In this document: in pieces, positions 19,306 to 29,436 of the stretch
How the letters are laid out: every line of letters starts with the position of its first letter
Numbering within the stretch: the first letter of the stretch is position 1
Virus record (IMG/VR): IMGVR_UViG_3300017913_001710
Span: 1,219-65,218 of that record
Length of the DNA stretch: 64,000 nt
Reading direction: 5' to 3' (one strand)
Origin: a virus
Lineage: Duplodnaviria > Caudoviricetes
The notes under the pieces: model-generated
Seen by the model: the letters and a program-made list of their open reading frames with translations, nothing else
Databases searched by the model: none
Told to the model about the DNA's origin: nothing
Position numbers and translations under genes: made by a program

Positions 19306-19501
19306 TATAGGTCGAGATTATAAAGACGCAATGCATTATGTGGTCGGACAGCAAGTGCTGTCTGGTCACTATAGCATAGCGGAAATAAATCAAGAAGAAA
19401 ATAGCTACTCTATCTGGGTCAAGAAGAATGGCGAGATTGTCAAGTGGAAAGAAATCGTAGACACTCCCTTGATAGTAGAGTACAACTTAAACGCAGTATG
19501 A
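19286..19501 (+). CDS. Hypothetical protein
   Basis: 71 aa, IRKISIGRDYKDAMHYVVGQ; coupled to the next gene. Confidence 0.6.
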   Translation: MLIRKISIGRDYKDAMHYVVGQQVLSGHYSIAEINQEENSYSIWVKKNGEIVKWKEIVDTPLIVEYNLNAV

Positions 19502-20046
19502 CGCCAAGATGGAACTATTTAATTACTCCATATGGGAGCGAATACAACAACCAAAAAGAGATAGCAGGAAAGAGCTTGATAGTAAACACCTCGATAGAGG
19601 ATGCTCGATATGTGAACAGGCTGGGAGTTGTGTGTGCGGTGCCGATCACTGGAAGTAACGGTCCAGGTGTAGGAGACATTGTTGTCTTACATCATAACGT
19701 ATTTAGAACTTACTTTGATATGAAAGGAAATCAAAGGAAGAGCAACGAGTATTTTAGGGACGACTACTATTTAGTTAGTCCTGATCGTATATACATGTAC
19801 AATGATGGAGAAGATTGGAAATGCACTGAGGGGTATTGCTTCGTTAGTCCTGTTGATTATATACAGTCTGGCGATCTATATCGGACAGAGGAGAAGGAAG
19901 AAGAGCATGTGGGACTTATAAAGGTAAGCTCTATATTCGAAACAGGAACACGTGTAGGCTTCACGAAAAACTCTGAGTATGAGTTTGAGATAGACGATGA
20001 GAAGGTTTATCGAATGAGGGAATCAGACATATGTCTAAAATTTTAA
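19498..20046 (+). CDS. Tandem GroES-like beta-barrel protein, putative
   Basis: Two halves, each with GroES-like strand patterns (YLITP...GVVCAVP...VGDIVVLHHN; YCFVSP...GLIK...GTRVGF...EYEFEIDDEKVYRM). ATG at 19498 overlaps the upstream stop. Confidence 0.45.
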   Translation: MTPRWNYLITPYGSEYNNQKEIAGKSLIVNTSIEDARYVNRLGVVCAVPITGSNGPGVGDIVVLHHNVFRTYFDMKGNQRKSNEYFRDDYYLVSPDRIYMYNDGEDWKCTEGYCFVSPVDYIQSGDLYRTEEKEEEHVGLIKVSSIFETGTRVGFTKNSEYEFEIDDEKVYRMRESDICLKF

Positions 20047-20055
20047 TTATATTAA

Positions 20056-20274
20056 ATGGCAAGCGAAATCAAGATAAAGTCTAATGGACTTCGCAACGAA
20101 CTAAAGGAGATACGTAAGAGTATCGACAAACTAACTAACGCCATCGAGGCACAAACAAACAATCGCTATGAAAAAAGCACTATTTATCATCGTGACTCTG
20201 CTCCTGACGGGATGCGCTGGGTCACAGATATCACAGCAAGAACAACGGAGACTAACGTTCCAGGAACTGACTAA
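20056..20274 (+). CDS. Hypothetical coiled-coil protein
   Basis: AT-rich leader; N-terminal heptad pattern. Confidence 0.45.
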   Translation: MASEIKIKSNGLRNELKEIRKSIDKLTNAIEAQTNNRYEKSTIYHRDSAPDGMRWVTDITARTTETNVPGTD

Positions 20275-20371
20275 GGATGTTTGCAAAGAAAACAAGCATG
20301 AAGTTTATTTAGCACAAGTACTATGGAACGAAATGAACGCCAACAGGAGACGGATATTAGACAGACCATAG
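20168..20371 (+). CDS. Putative lipoprotein
   Basis: MKKALFIIVTLLLTG-C: basic n-region, hydrophobic h-region, lipobox LTGC. Confidence 0.55.
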   Translation: MKKALFIIVTLLLTGCAGSQISQQEQRRLTFQELTKDVCKENKHEVYLAQVLWNEMNANRRRILDRP

Positions 20372-20646
20372 AAAGGGTTATCAATGCAGGAGAACGTGCA
20401 GTAGAGGAGCTTATAAAGGTCGCAGAAGAGGAGATTATCACGGGCAAACCAGACGATGATCTTGCAGCAGATAGGTTGAAGAATGCGGCAGCAACAAAGA
20501 AGCTTGCGATATTCGATGCCTTAGAAATCTTACAACGTATAGAACAGGAACGAAACAAGCTCGATGGCAAGGACGAATCTGAAACAAGTTCAGGAAAAGA
20601 TACAGGATTCCAAAGCTTCGCAGAAACAAGAGGCAGAAAGCCTTAA
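20323..20646 (+). CDS. Putative terminase small subunit
   Basis: Helical protein (AVEELIKVA...DRLKNAAATKKLAIFDA) immediately upstream of the large terminase. Confidence 0.45.
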   Translation: MERNERQQETDIRQTIERVINAGERAVEELIKVAEEEIITGKPDDDLAADRLKNAAATKKLAIFDALEILQRIEQERNKLDGKDESETSSGKDTGFQSFAETRGRKP

Positions 20647-22843
20647 CCTAACTAGAAGCATACCTAATTACGTACGTAAGTCTTTACTTGACAAAAAGAA
20701 CAAGGAGCGCTCCTGGAGGTATGGTTATGATAGCGATATAGATTTAGTTATCATATCAAAAGATGGAACATTAGGTGAGGTCATAGAGATACAGAATCTA
20801 AAAATTGGATTACCTTTGCAGCCGAAAAGGGTACACGCTAGAAGCAATGCAAAGAAAGATCAATACTGGGAGCCATCTGAGTATCCAAAAGAACTCAAGA
20901 AGATCAAGACCATATTTCAGTGGAATGAATACCCAAATAAATTCAAGGAGTCATGGGTATCCTACATTGAGACTGAGTTCGACAGAAGAGAAAACGGTTA
21001 TTGGTTTAAGAATAACGGTGTTCCTACTTATGTTACTGGGAGTCATTACATGTACTTACAGTGGACAAAGATCGACGTTGGACACCCTGAATATCGTGAA
21101 TCCAACAGACTATTCTTTATTTTTTGGGAAGCCTGCAAAGCTGATCCCAGATGCTTTGGCATGTGCTATCTTAAGAACAGACGATCAGGATTCTCTTTCA
21201 TGTCCTCATCAGAAACAGTCAATCAAGCTACAATCACCTCAGATGCTAGGTTCGGTATTCTATCCAAGACAGGTAGTGACGCAAAGAAAATGTTCACCGA
21301 CAAGGTCGTACCTATATCAACAAACTATCCATTCTTCTTCAAACCAATACAAGATGGAATGGACAGACCAAAGACAGAACTCGCATACAGGGTGCCTGCT
21401 TCTAAGCTTACCCGTAAGTCCATCGAGCAGTCCGACAGTGATAATCTCACTGGACTCGACACTACAATCGATTGGAAGAATACAGGTGACAACTCGTACG
21501 ATGGTGAAAAACTTAGACTTCTCGTGCACGATGAATCTGGGAAGTGGGAGAAACCTGATAACATCCTCAACAATTGGAGGGTCACTAAGACTTGTTTGCG
21601 ATTAGGTAGACGTGTAATAGGTAAGTGTTTGATGGGGTCTACATCGAATGCTTTAGATAAGGGAGGAGACAACTTCAAAAAACTTTACAGGGACTCTGAT
21701 GTTACAGAGCGAAACTCTAACGGACAAACCAAGAGTGGCATGTATAGTCTATTCATTCCAATGGAATGGAATATGGAAGGTTTTATAGATTTATACGGAC
21801 AACCAGTATTTACCAAACCAGAGAAAATTGTAAAAGGTATTGATGGTTTGGACATCGACTTAGGAGTTATTGATTACTGGAACAATGAGGTTGAATCTTT
21901 GAAGAGTGATCCAGATGCACTCAATGAGTTCTACAGACAGTTCCCTCGTACAGAAAACCACGCCTTTAGAGATGAGTCTAAGAACACACTGTTCAATCTT
22001 TCCAGACTGTATGAGCAGATAGACTACAATGACGGACTAGAAGCACAGCGTGTAGTAAAACGTGGAGACTTTAGTTGGGCAAATGGAAAGAAGGATACAG
22101 AAGTTATATGGACACCAAACCCTAGAGGTAGGTTCTATGTATCATGGATTCCACCAAGAGAGCTAAGGAATAATGTTATTCATAGGAACGGAAAGATGTA
22201 TCCAGGTAATGAACACATGGGAGCCTTTGGATGTGACAGCTATGATATATCAGGAACAGTTGGTGGGGGTGGATCCAACGGTGCTTTACACGGTATGACA
22301 AAACTTAACTTTGATGGACCATCAGACTTTTTCTTCCTAGAGTACATATCAAGACCGCAGACTGCTGAGATATTCTACGAAGATGTTCTCATGGCTTGTG
22401 TATTTTACGGCATGCCTGTGCTTGCAGAAAACAATAAGCCAAGACTACTCTATCATTTAAAGAACAGAGGGTATAGAGCGTTTAGTTTATCAAGACCAGA
22501 TAAGCATAAGAATGACCTTTCAAAAGCAGAGCGAGAGCTAGGCGGAATACCCTCATCCTCAGCGGTAATATCCATTCATGCTGAAGCTATTGAGTCGTAC
22601 ATAGAGCAGCACGTTGGATTCAATGAAGATGGTTCTGGAAAAATGTATTTCACAAGGACACTTTTGGACTGGGCAAACTACGATATAAGCAACCGAACTA
22701 AGTTTGATGCAACAGTCTCATCTGGCTTTGCTATTATGGCTAACAATAAGTACGTTACGAAACCACAGAAAACCGTTAAAGAAATAAATGTTACCTTTGC
22801 AAAGTACAATAACGGTGGAATAACAAGTACGATATTAAGATAA
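20564..22843 (+). CDS. terL: Terminase large subunit
   Basis: YLKNRRSGFS (Walker A region), LLVHDESGKW (Walker B), GSTSNA motif III, FGCDSYD and D.TVSSG nuclease residues. True start uncertain. Confidence 0.9.
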   Translation: MARTNLKQVQEKIQDSKASQKQEAESLNLTRSIPNYVRKSLLDKKNKERSWRYGYDSDIDLVIISKDGTLGEVIEIQNLKIGLPLQPKRVHARSNAKKDQYWEPSEYPKELKKIKTIFQWNEYPNKFKESWVSYIETEFDRRENGYWFKNNGVPTYVTGSHYMYLQWTKIDVGHPEYRESNRLFFIFWEACKADPRCFGMCYLKNRRSGFSFMSSSETVNQATITSDARFGILSKTGSDAKKMFTDKVVPISTNYPFFFKPIQDGMDRPKTELAYRVPASKLTRKSIEQSDSDNLTGLDTTIDWKNTGDNSYDGEKLRLLVHDESGKWEKPDNILNNWRVTKTCLRLGRRVIGKCLMGSTSNALDKGGDNFKKLYRDSDVTERNSNGQTKSGMYSLFIPMEWNMEGFIDLYGQPVFTKPEKIVKGIDGLDIDLGVIDYWNNEVESLKSDPDALNEFYRQFPRTENHAFRDESKNTLFNLSRLYEQIDYNDGLEAQRVVKRGDFSWANGKKDTEVIWTPNPRGRFYVSWIPPRELRNNVIHRNGKMYPGNEHMGAFGCDSYDISGTVGGGGSNGALHGMTKLNFDGPSDFFFLEYISRPQTAEIFYEDVLMACVFYGMPVLAENNKPRLLYHLKNRGYRAFSLSRPDKHKNDLSKAERELGGIPSSSAVISIHAEAIESYIEQHVGFNEDGSGKMYFTRTLLDWANYDISNRTKFDATVSSGFAIMANNKYVTKPQKTVKEINVTFAKYNNGGITSTILR

Positions 22844-22844
22844 T

Positions 22845-25265
22845 ATGGACAAAGTTCAAACTAGGAACATTGTAGGTTTTCCTGACCAACTTGCTAATGA
22901 TGCATATAAGGCATCAAAGGAGTATGGGCTTTCTGTTGCAAAGGCTATTGAGAGTGAATGGTTTCGTAGAGAAACAGGTACGTCTCGCTTTTACAACAAC
23001 AGAGACAGCTACCATAAGCTTAGAACATATGCTATGGGTGAGCAGTCTGTACAGAAGTATAAGGATGAGCTTGCTATAAACGGAGATATATCATACCTAA
23101 ACTTAGATTGGACACCCGTCCCAATCATCCCTAAGTTTGTAGACGTAGTAGTTAATGGTATGCAACATAGATTGTTTGATGTAATGGTTGATGCAATCGA
23201 CCCTATATCCTCAAACAAGAGAGCTATGTACAAATTAAAACTTCAGTCCGAAATGAGAAACAAGGAATCGTTGTCTCAAATGGGAACAGTGATTGGAGTT
23301 GACATGTTTGATGAAGACCCCTCATTGTTACCACAAAGCAAAGATGAGCTTGAATTGCATCTTCAACTTAACTACAAGGACGATATTGAGGTAGCTCAAG
23401 AGAAAGCTATACAGAACGTCATGAAGATGAATAACTACGACACAATTCGTAGAAGATGTGATGAAGATCAAACGGTTCTTGGTATATCTGCATTGAAGCA
23501 CTCATTCAATAATCATGACGGAATAAAGATAGAGTACGTAGATCCAGCTAATCTTATTTGGAGCCCTACAGAAGATCCTAACTTTGAAGACTGTTATTAC
23601 TTTGGTGAAGTTAAGAATGTAAACATAACTGAACTAAAGAAGCTAGATCCTTCATTGACACAAGAAGATATAGAAGAGATATCAAAATTATCATCTAAGT
23701 TTGATGCATACCAAGGCATTAGAGGGGGATACACTACAGATAACTTTGATAGAAATACAGCAACATTATTATACTTCTGTTACAAGACGGATAAGAATAT
23801 CGTATACAAGAAAAAGAAAACCACTCAAGGAGGAGAAAAGGTATTAAAGAAAGACGATCAGTTCAACCCACCAAAAACAGAACAAGCAAGATTTGAAAAA
23901 CTTTCTAAACGTATTGACGTATGGTACGAAGGTGTACTTGTTCTAGGAACAAACTACATTCTAAAGTGGGACATGATGAAGAATATGGTTCGTCCCAAAT
24001 CATCGATAAGCAAAGCAAGTGCACCGTTTATTGTCAGTGCACCAAAAATGTACAGAGGACAGATAGACTCTCTAGTAAAGAGGATGGTTCCGTTTGCAGA
24101 TCAGATTCAGCTGATGCATTTAAAGCTTCAGCAGGTCACAGCAAAGATGATTCCTGATGGTGTATACATGGATATTGATGGGCTTAGCTCGATCAACCTG
24201 GGGAACGGTGCTTCTTATACACCTCAAGAGGCACTTAATTTATATTTCCAAACAGGGTCTGTTATTGGTAGATCTTTCAACGAAGAAGGAGAATATAATC
24301 ATGGTAAAGTTCCTATTCAGGAGCTTACGTCTTCTGGTGCAAACGCTAAGATATCTTCTCTTATAAACATGTACAATTACAATCTTGGAATGATTCGTTC
24401 TGTCACAGGATTGAATGAGGCACGTGATGGTTCAATGCCAGACGCTAACTCTCTAGTTGGTCTTCAAAAATTAGCAGCATTAAACTCTAACACCGCAACC
24501 AGACACATATTGATTTCAGGTCTTAACATGTCTCGAAAAATTTCAGAAGCTATTACATATAGAATGTCTGATGTGATCGAATACTCTCCAATGAAAGAAG
24601 ACTTTATAAAAGCCATAGGAAAGTATAGCATTGAAATCATAGATGAAATAAGAGATATGCACCTGCATGACTTTGGTGTGTATGTAGAGTTGCAGCCAGA
24701 TGAGGAAGAAAAAGCTGTACTTGAGCAACACTTAAATGTTGCTCTTCAGCAAGGCAAGATTGATGTAGATGACGCTATTGATATACAAGGCGTCAAAAAC
24801 ATTAAGATTGCATCGCAACTTCTTAAGGTTAGAAAACAAAGAAGAGAAAGAGACGAACAGAAACGTGCGCAGCAGAACATAGAAAAGCAGGCTGAAGCAA
24901 ATCAGCAGGCAGCGCTTGCGGCTGAGCAAGGAAAGCAACAAACTGAAATGGCTAAGAAGCAAGCTGAAATGGAGCTCATGCAGATGCAGTCACAACTACG
25001 TCAGCAAGAGATGGAAAAAGAGTTTGAACTTAAGAGAATGTTAATACGTGAGCAGAAAGGTTTAGAAGCTCAAGTAGAGGGAGTGCGAACTAAGTCTCAA
25101 ATAGATAAAGAAAAGTACAAGGAAGATCGTAAAGATCAACGCACTGCAAAGCAAGCAAGTCAACAATCAAAGTTGATACAGCAACGTAAGCAGGATTTAG
25201 ATCCAATTGATTTCGATGGACAAGATACGTTAGGGTCTGGTTTAGAGGGAATTACAGGTATCTAA
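22845..25265 (+). CDS. Portal protein
   Basis: 806 aa after terL; YLNLDWTPVPIIPKFVDVVVNG; long C-terminal Gln-rich helix. Confidence 0.85.
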   Translation: MDKVQTRNIVGFPDQLANDAYKASKEYGLSVAKAIESEWFRRETGTSRFYNNRDSYHKLRTYAMGEQSVQKYKDELAINGDISYLNLDWTPVPIIPKFVDVVVNGMQHRLFDVMVDAIDPISSNKRAMYKLKLQSEMRNKESLSQMGTVIGVDMFDEDPSLLPQSKDELELHLQLNYKDDIEVAQEKAIQNVMKMNNYDTIRRRCDEDQTVLGISALKHSFNNHDGIKIEYVDPANLIWSPTEDPNFEDCYYFGEVKNVNITELKKLDPSLTQEDIEEISKLSSKFDAYQGIRGGYTTDNFDRNTATLLYFCYKTDKNIVYKKKKTTQGGEKVLKKDDQFNPPKTEQARFEKLSKRIDVWYEGVLVLGTNYILKWDMMKNMVRPKSSISKASAPFIVSAPKMYRGQIDSLVKRMVPFADQIQLMHLKLQQVTAKMIPDGVYMDIDGLSSINLGNGASYTPQEALNLYFQTGSVIGRSFNEEGEYNHGKVPIQELTSSGANAKISSLINMYNYNLGMIRSVTGLNEARDGSMPDANSLVGLQKLAALNSNTATRHILISGLNMSRKISEAITYRMSDVIEYSPMKEDFIKAIGKYSIEIIDEIRDMHLHDFGVYVELQPDEEEKAVLEQHLNVALQQGKIDVDDAIDIQGVKNIKIASQLLKVRKQRRERDEQKRAQQNIEKQAEANQQAALAAEQGKQQTEMAKKQAEMELMQMQSQLRQQEMEKEFELKRMLIREQKGLEAQVEGVRTKSQIDKEKYKEDRKDQRTAKQASQQSKLIQQRKQDLDPIDFDGQDTLGSGLEGITGI

Positions 25266-25273
25266 ATAAATTG

Positions 25274-25281
25274 TAATTTTG
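25274..25281 (+). promoter_or_regulatory. Bacteroidota-type -7 element (TAATTTTG)
   Basis: TAnnTTTG 24 nt before the scaffold gene. Confidence 0.55.
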
Positions 25282-25305
25282 TAACATATTTAAATTCAAT
25301 ACATA

Positions 25306-26475
25306 ATGGAGGAGTTCAAAGTATATGCCTTGGATGATGACGGCAATCGAATAGAGCCACAGCAACCAGAGCAAGAACAACAAGTAGAACAAGAGGCTGC
25401 ATCACAGGTGGAACCTCTACAAACAGAAACAGTAGATGCCCAGCAAGAAGAAGTGCAGCAGCAAGACATCGTACAAGAGCAAAGCGAAGAGCAAGCCAAT
25501 GTACAAGTCGAAGAAGAAAAAATAAACAAAGAGCTAGAGTCAGACGAAAAGGATGACAACTGGTTCTTTAGCAAACTAAAAGAGAGATACGAAGTGGAGG
25601 TTAGCTCTGCTGAAGATCTCAAAAACGTTCTTTCAAATAACGACAAAAACGAAATTCCTGAAGAGGTAAGCAAGTACTTGGATTACAAGAAAGAAACAGG
25701 TCGTTCCTTTCAAGACTACCAACAACTTCAAAAGGATTGGTCCTCTGTAGATGACGCACAAGTGTTACGTGAATATCTGCAAGACACCAAACCGCACCTC
25801 GACAAGGAAGATATAGAGCATATTCTTAGTGAACAGTATTCGTATGACGAAGAACTTGATGACGAAAAAGAAGTCAGAGCTAAGAAGATTGCTTACAAAG
25901 AAGCATTGTACGAAGCAAGAAACCACTTTGAAGGTTTGAAGGAAAAATATAAAGCTCCACTAGGGTCTAGTGAAGTTGACGTTCCAGAAAACTACAAAGA
26001 GGCTTTTAGCTTTTATAATGAATATCAGACGCAAGCTGAACAAGAGAAAAAACTACGAGAAGAGCGTGCAACATTCTTTGATCAGAAAACAAAAACTCTT
26101 TTCAATGACGAGTTCAAAGGTTTTGAATTTAATGTCGGAGACAAGAAACAAGTTGTTAAAATTTCAGATGTAAAGAAAATCGCAGAGTCTCAGAAGGACA
26201 TCACCAACTTTGTAAGTTCTCACCTAGATGAGAATGGATACGTTAAAGATGCCGCCAATTATCATCGTGCTTTGTATGCTGCAATGAACCCCGATGCGTT
26301 AGCAAAATTTTTCTACGAGCAAGGGAAGGCAGATGCCACTGGAGATATTGTAAAGGAAACGAAGAATATTGATATGGGTGTAAGAGAAAACAAAGTAACA
26401 GAGGTAGGAGGAACAAAGTTTCGAGTAGTTGATTCAGGTGATCAGTTTGAGTTCAAAATTAGAAAACGAAACTAA
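25306..26475 (+). CDS. Scaffolding protein, putative
   Basis: Highly acidic Glu/Gln-rich N-terminus, helical; lies between portal and capsid genes. Confidence 0.7.
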   Translation: MEEFKVYALDDDGNRIEPQQPEQEQQVEQEAASQVEPLQTETVDAQQEEVQQQDIVQEQSEEQANVQVEEEKINKELESDEKDDNWFFSKLKERYEVEVSSAEDLKNVLSNNDKNEIPEEVSKYLDYKKETGRSFQDYQQLQKDWSSVDDAQVLREYLQDTKPHLDKEDIEHILSEQYSYDEELDDEKEVRAKKIAYKEALYEARNHFEGLKEKYKAPLGSSEVDVPENYKEAFSFYNEYQTQAEQEKKLREERATFFDQKTKTLFNDEFKGFEFNVGDKKQVVKISDVKKIAESQKDITNFVSSHLDENGYVKDAANYHRALYAAMNPDALAKFFYEQGKADATGDIVKETKNIDMGVRENKVTEVGGTKFRVVDSGDQFEFKIRKRN

Positions 26476-26499
26476 CAACCTTTTTAAAACTATTTACAC

Positions 26500-27834
26500 A
26501 TGTCTGTAACTATTACTGGAGTACAAGGTGCATTAACACCATCTCCATCGAAAGCAACGCTTTCAAGCAACTATTTAGGGTCTGACGTTGAGTTCACCTC
26601 TCAATATCTACCTGATGTTTATGAACAAGAATTTGAGAAATACGGAAATCGTTCTGTATCTTCTTTCTTACGCTTAGTGGGAGCTGAGATGCCTTTCGCA
26701 TCTGATGTTATCCAATGGGCTGAGCAAGGACGTTTGCACTTAGCTGTAACTGGTGCTACACGTGCTGCTGATGTAATCACTTCCAACGGTCACCCTTTCC
26801 GTGTAGGTCAAACAGTTATTGTATCTGACGGTACTGACCAAGAGAAAGCAATCGTTACCGCTACTACAGCTAACACATTTACTGTAGATTCTTACGAGAA
26901 CGCTAACCTTGCTGCTGCTATTGCAACTTCTGGATTAAAAGTATTTGCTTACGGTTCAGAATTTAAGAAAGGAACTAGCGGAATGAGTGGAGCTTTAGAG
27001 GCACCTAAAGATATCCAAACTAACAACCCTATCATCATCAAAGATATGTATGAGGTTGCTGGATCTGACATGGCTCAGATTGGATGGATTGAAGTGACTA
27101 CCGAGAATGGAGCTTCTGGATACTTATGGTACTTAAAGTCTGAGCACGAAACTCGCTTACGTTTCGAAGATTACTTAGAGCTTTCTATGATCGAAGGACG
27201 TCCTGCTGCTTCTGGATCAGGTGCTGCCGATGAAGGATACAAAGGAACTAAAGGTTTATTCTACGAAGTAGAAAACCGTGGTAACATTGCAACTGGATCT
27301 ATCGCTGCTCGTACTGACTTAGAAGAGTTAATCAAAGTATTAGACAAAGAAGGAGCTATCCAAGAGAACGTTATGTTTGTTAACCGTACTAAATCTTTCG
27401 AGATTGATACAGTGTTAGCTGCACAGAACAACTCTGGAGCATCTACTTCTTCTTACGGTTTATTTGATAACGACGAAGGAATGGCAATCAGCTTAGGATT
27501 CCAAGGGTTTAACTTAGGATATGACTTCTACAAAACTGATTGGAAATACTTAAACGATGCTACTACTGGATCTTTAACTTCTGCTGTTGATGGTGTAATT
27601 GTGCCTGCTGGTACTACTACCATCTACGATCAGATCTTAGGGAAGAACGCTACTCGTCCTTTCTTACACGTGAAGTATCGTAAGAACGAAGCTGAAGATC
27701 GCAAGTATAAGTCTTGGGTTGTTGGATCTGCTGGTGGTGCTGCCACAAGTGATCTTGATGCAATGCAAGTACACTTCTTGTCTGAGCGTGCACTATGTGT
27801 ACACGGAGCTAACAACTTCATTTTATTGAAGTAA
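26500..27834 (+). CDS. Major capsid protein (crAss-like/Flavobacteria-phage type)
   Basis: QYLPDVYEQEFEKYGNRSVSSFL...WAEQGRLH; strongly biased codons (tta/gct/act) indicating high expression; followed by a terminator. Confidence 0.85.
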   Translation: MSVTITGVQGALTPSPSKATLSSNYLGSDVEFTSQYLPDVYEQEFEKYGNRSVSSFLRLVGAEMPFASDVIQWAEQGRLHLAVTGATRAADVITSNGHPFRVGQTVIVSDGTDQEKAIVTATTANTFTVDSYENANLAAAIATSGLKVFAYGSEFKKGTSGMSGALEAPKDIQTNNPIIIKDMYEVAGSDMAQIGWIEVTTENGASGYLWYLKSEHETRLRFEDYLELSMIEGRPAASGSGAADEGYKGTKGLFYEVENRGNIATGSIAARTDLEELIKVLDKEGAIQENVMFVNRTKSFEIDTVLAAQNNSGASTSSYGLFDNDEGMAISLGFQGFNLGYDFYKTDWKYLNDATTGSLTSAVDGVIVPAGTTTIYDQILGKNATRPFLHVKYRKNEAEDRKYKSWVVGSAGGAATSDLDAMQVHFLSERALCVHGANNFILLK

Positions 27835-27847
27835 TACTACTGGATAG

Positions 27848-27888
27848 GATAGGGGAGCTTCGGCTCCCTTTCCCCTATCATTTTTATT
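27848..27888 (+). terminator. Intrinsic terminator after the capsid gene
   Basis: GGGAGC-TTCG-GCTCCC hairpin (UUCG tetraloop), extendable with GATAGG/CCTATC, then a T-run. Confidence 0.75.
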
Positions 27889-27913
27889 GAACTAAAATTT
27901 AATATTTAATACA

Positions 27914-28666
27914 ATGCCTAGAAAAAAAGCAACCCAGTCCTGGGAAATCCGTGATCGTATCTATCTGTTAAAAGGAGGAGCAACTCCTGTAAACTACATC
28001 TTAAGATCACGTCATCACATCAACAAACCCTTACAGTATTTTGACGGAACAATGAGTCGTTCATTGCGTTATGCATCTAACCAAGTGTCTTTATTTGAGG
28101 ATGAGCAGAACGGAGATGTAACGTTACCAGCGATTATATTTAAAGATGGGAAGTTAATTGTGCCAAAAGAGAATACACTATTACAGCAGTTCTTAAGCAT
28201 CTATCACCCTGACTTAAACAAGGTGTACTTTGAGTTTGACTCTAACAAAGAAGCCGCTCAAGAAGTTGAAAACGTAGAGCTAGAGCTAGAAGCCATGAAC
28301 CTGGCAAAAGAAATGGACATAGCAGATCTAGAAGCTATCGCACGTGTAGTCCTTTCAGGAAGAGTATCAGACATGGCATCGAATGAAATTCGTAGAGACA
28401 TGTTGATATTTGCACGTCAAGATCCAGAAGAGTTTATTCAACTAACAAAAGATGAAAACATCAACCTTAGAAACGCAGCCGTTCGTGCAGTAGAAATGGG
28501 TATCATAACTATTGGTGATGACCAGAGAACTGTATCTTGGGGTGGCAAGAAGAAAGGTAAGATTATAACAGTGCCTTATGGTGAGAATGTGTATAGCGCA
28601 CTAGCAGTATATTTTAAGACTGACGAAGGTCTAGATGTACTTCAAGCAATCACTAACCAGCTATAG
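27914..28666 (+). CDS. Conserved hypothetical protein (head accessory)
   Basis: 250 aa directly after the MCP; LRYASNQVSLFEDEQ, FARQDPEEF. Confidence 0.65.
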   Translation: MPRKKATQSWEIRDRIYLLKGGATPVNYILRSRHHINKPLQYFDGTMSRSLRYASNQVSLFEDEQNGDVTLPAIIFKDGKLIVPKENTLLQQFLSIYHPDLNKVYFEFDSNKEAAQEVENVELELEAMNLAKEMDIADLEAIARVVLSGRVSDMASNEIRRDMLIFARQDPEEFIQLTKDENINLRNAAVRAVEMGIITIGDDQRTVSWGGKKKGKIITVPYGENVYSALAVYFKTDEGLDVLQAITNQL

Positions 28667-28694
28667 TAATTCCACCTTAACTGTAGTTGATATC

Positions 28695-28726
28695 AAGGGG
28701 TCGCAAAAAGCGACCTCTTTTTTTTT
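28695..28726 (+). terminator. Intrinsic terminator
   Basis: AAGGGGTCGC-AAAAA-GCGACCTCTT stem followed by a long T-run. Confidence 0.8.
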
Positions 28727-28728
28727 CG

Positions 28729-28736
28729 TACCTTTG
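28729..28736 (+). promoter_or_regulatory. Bacteroidota-type -7 element (TACCTTTG)
   Basis: Immediately after the terminator, 4 nt before ATG 28741 (near-leaderless). Confidence 0.55.
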
Positions 28737-28740
28737 TGAC

Positions 28741-29436
28741 ATGGCATCAATGATAAATCACGTTAGAAACACAGTGCTTACTGTACTCAATAAAGAGAAC
28801 AGAGGATTCCTTACACCTACACAATTTAACTACTATGCAAAGTATGCACAGCAGTTGATTTTTGACGATTATTTTAACGAGATAGACAAACTCAAAACGC
28901 TAGACAACAACCGTAGAATACATGATATGGGTGATATTCACTCACGTCTAGAGCAGAAGATCGAGAAGTTTATTAAGGTATCAACTAAGTCGGAAACAAA
29001 TGGGTATTATGAGCAGCCTGACGATCTTTATAAGATACAGAACCTAACATATGGTGGCAAGATAATAGAACACTTGCCTTCAACTAGAAAAAAATATTTA
29101 ACACTCTCTAGTATAGCCGCTCCATCCGAGGAGTATCCAGCTTACTGTACAGAGGGAGACTACTTTTACTTGTATCCAACAGACCTAGATCAAGACATCA
29201 AAATAACATACATAAGAAAACCTAAAGATCCTAAATGGACCTACAGAACTATTGGTGAAAATCCAGTGTTTAATGTAGCTGCATCTGATTATCAAGATTT
29301 CGAGATATTTCCAGATGATGAATCAAGACTTGTCACAGAGATACTTAAGCTGACTGGTGTAACTGTAAGAGAACCAGGCATTGTACAGGCAAGCACAGGT
29401 TTCGAGCAGGTAGAGGAACAAAGAGATAACGTATAA
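28741..29436 (+). CDS. Tail ring/adaptor protein (tubular-A-like)
   Basis: VRNTVLTVLNKENRG.LTP.QFN...YIRKPKDPKW pattern; start moved to ATG 28741 because the track start lies in the terminator. Confidence 0.6.
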   Translation: MASMINHVRNTVLTVLNKENRGFLTPTQFNYYAKYAQQLIFDDYFNEIDKLKTLDNNRRIHDMGDIHSRLEQKIEKFIKVSTKSETNGYYEQPDDLYKIQNLTYGGKIIEHLPSTRKKYLTLSSIAAPSEEYPAYCTEGDYFYLYPTDLDQDIKITYIRKPKDPKWTYRTIGENPVFNVAASDYQDFEIFPDDESRLVTEILKLTGVTVREPGIVQASTGFEQVEEQRDNV

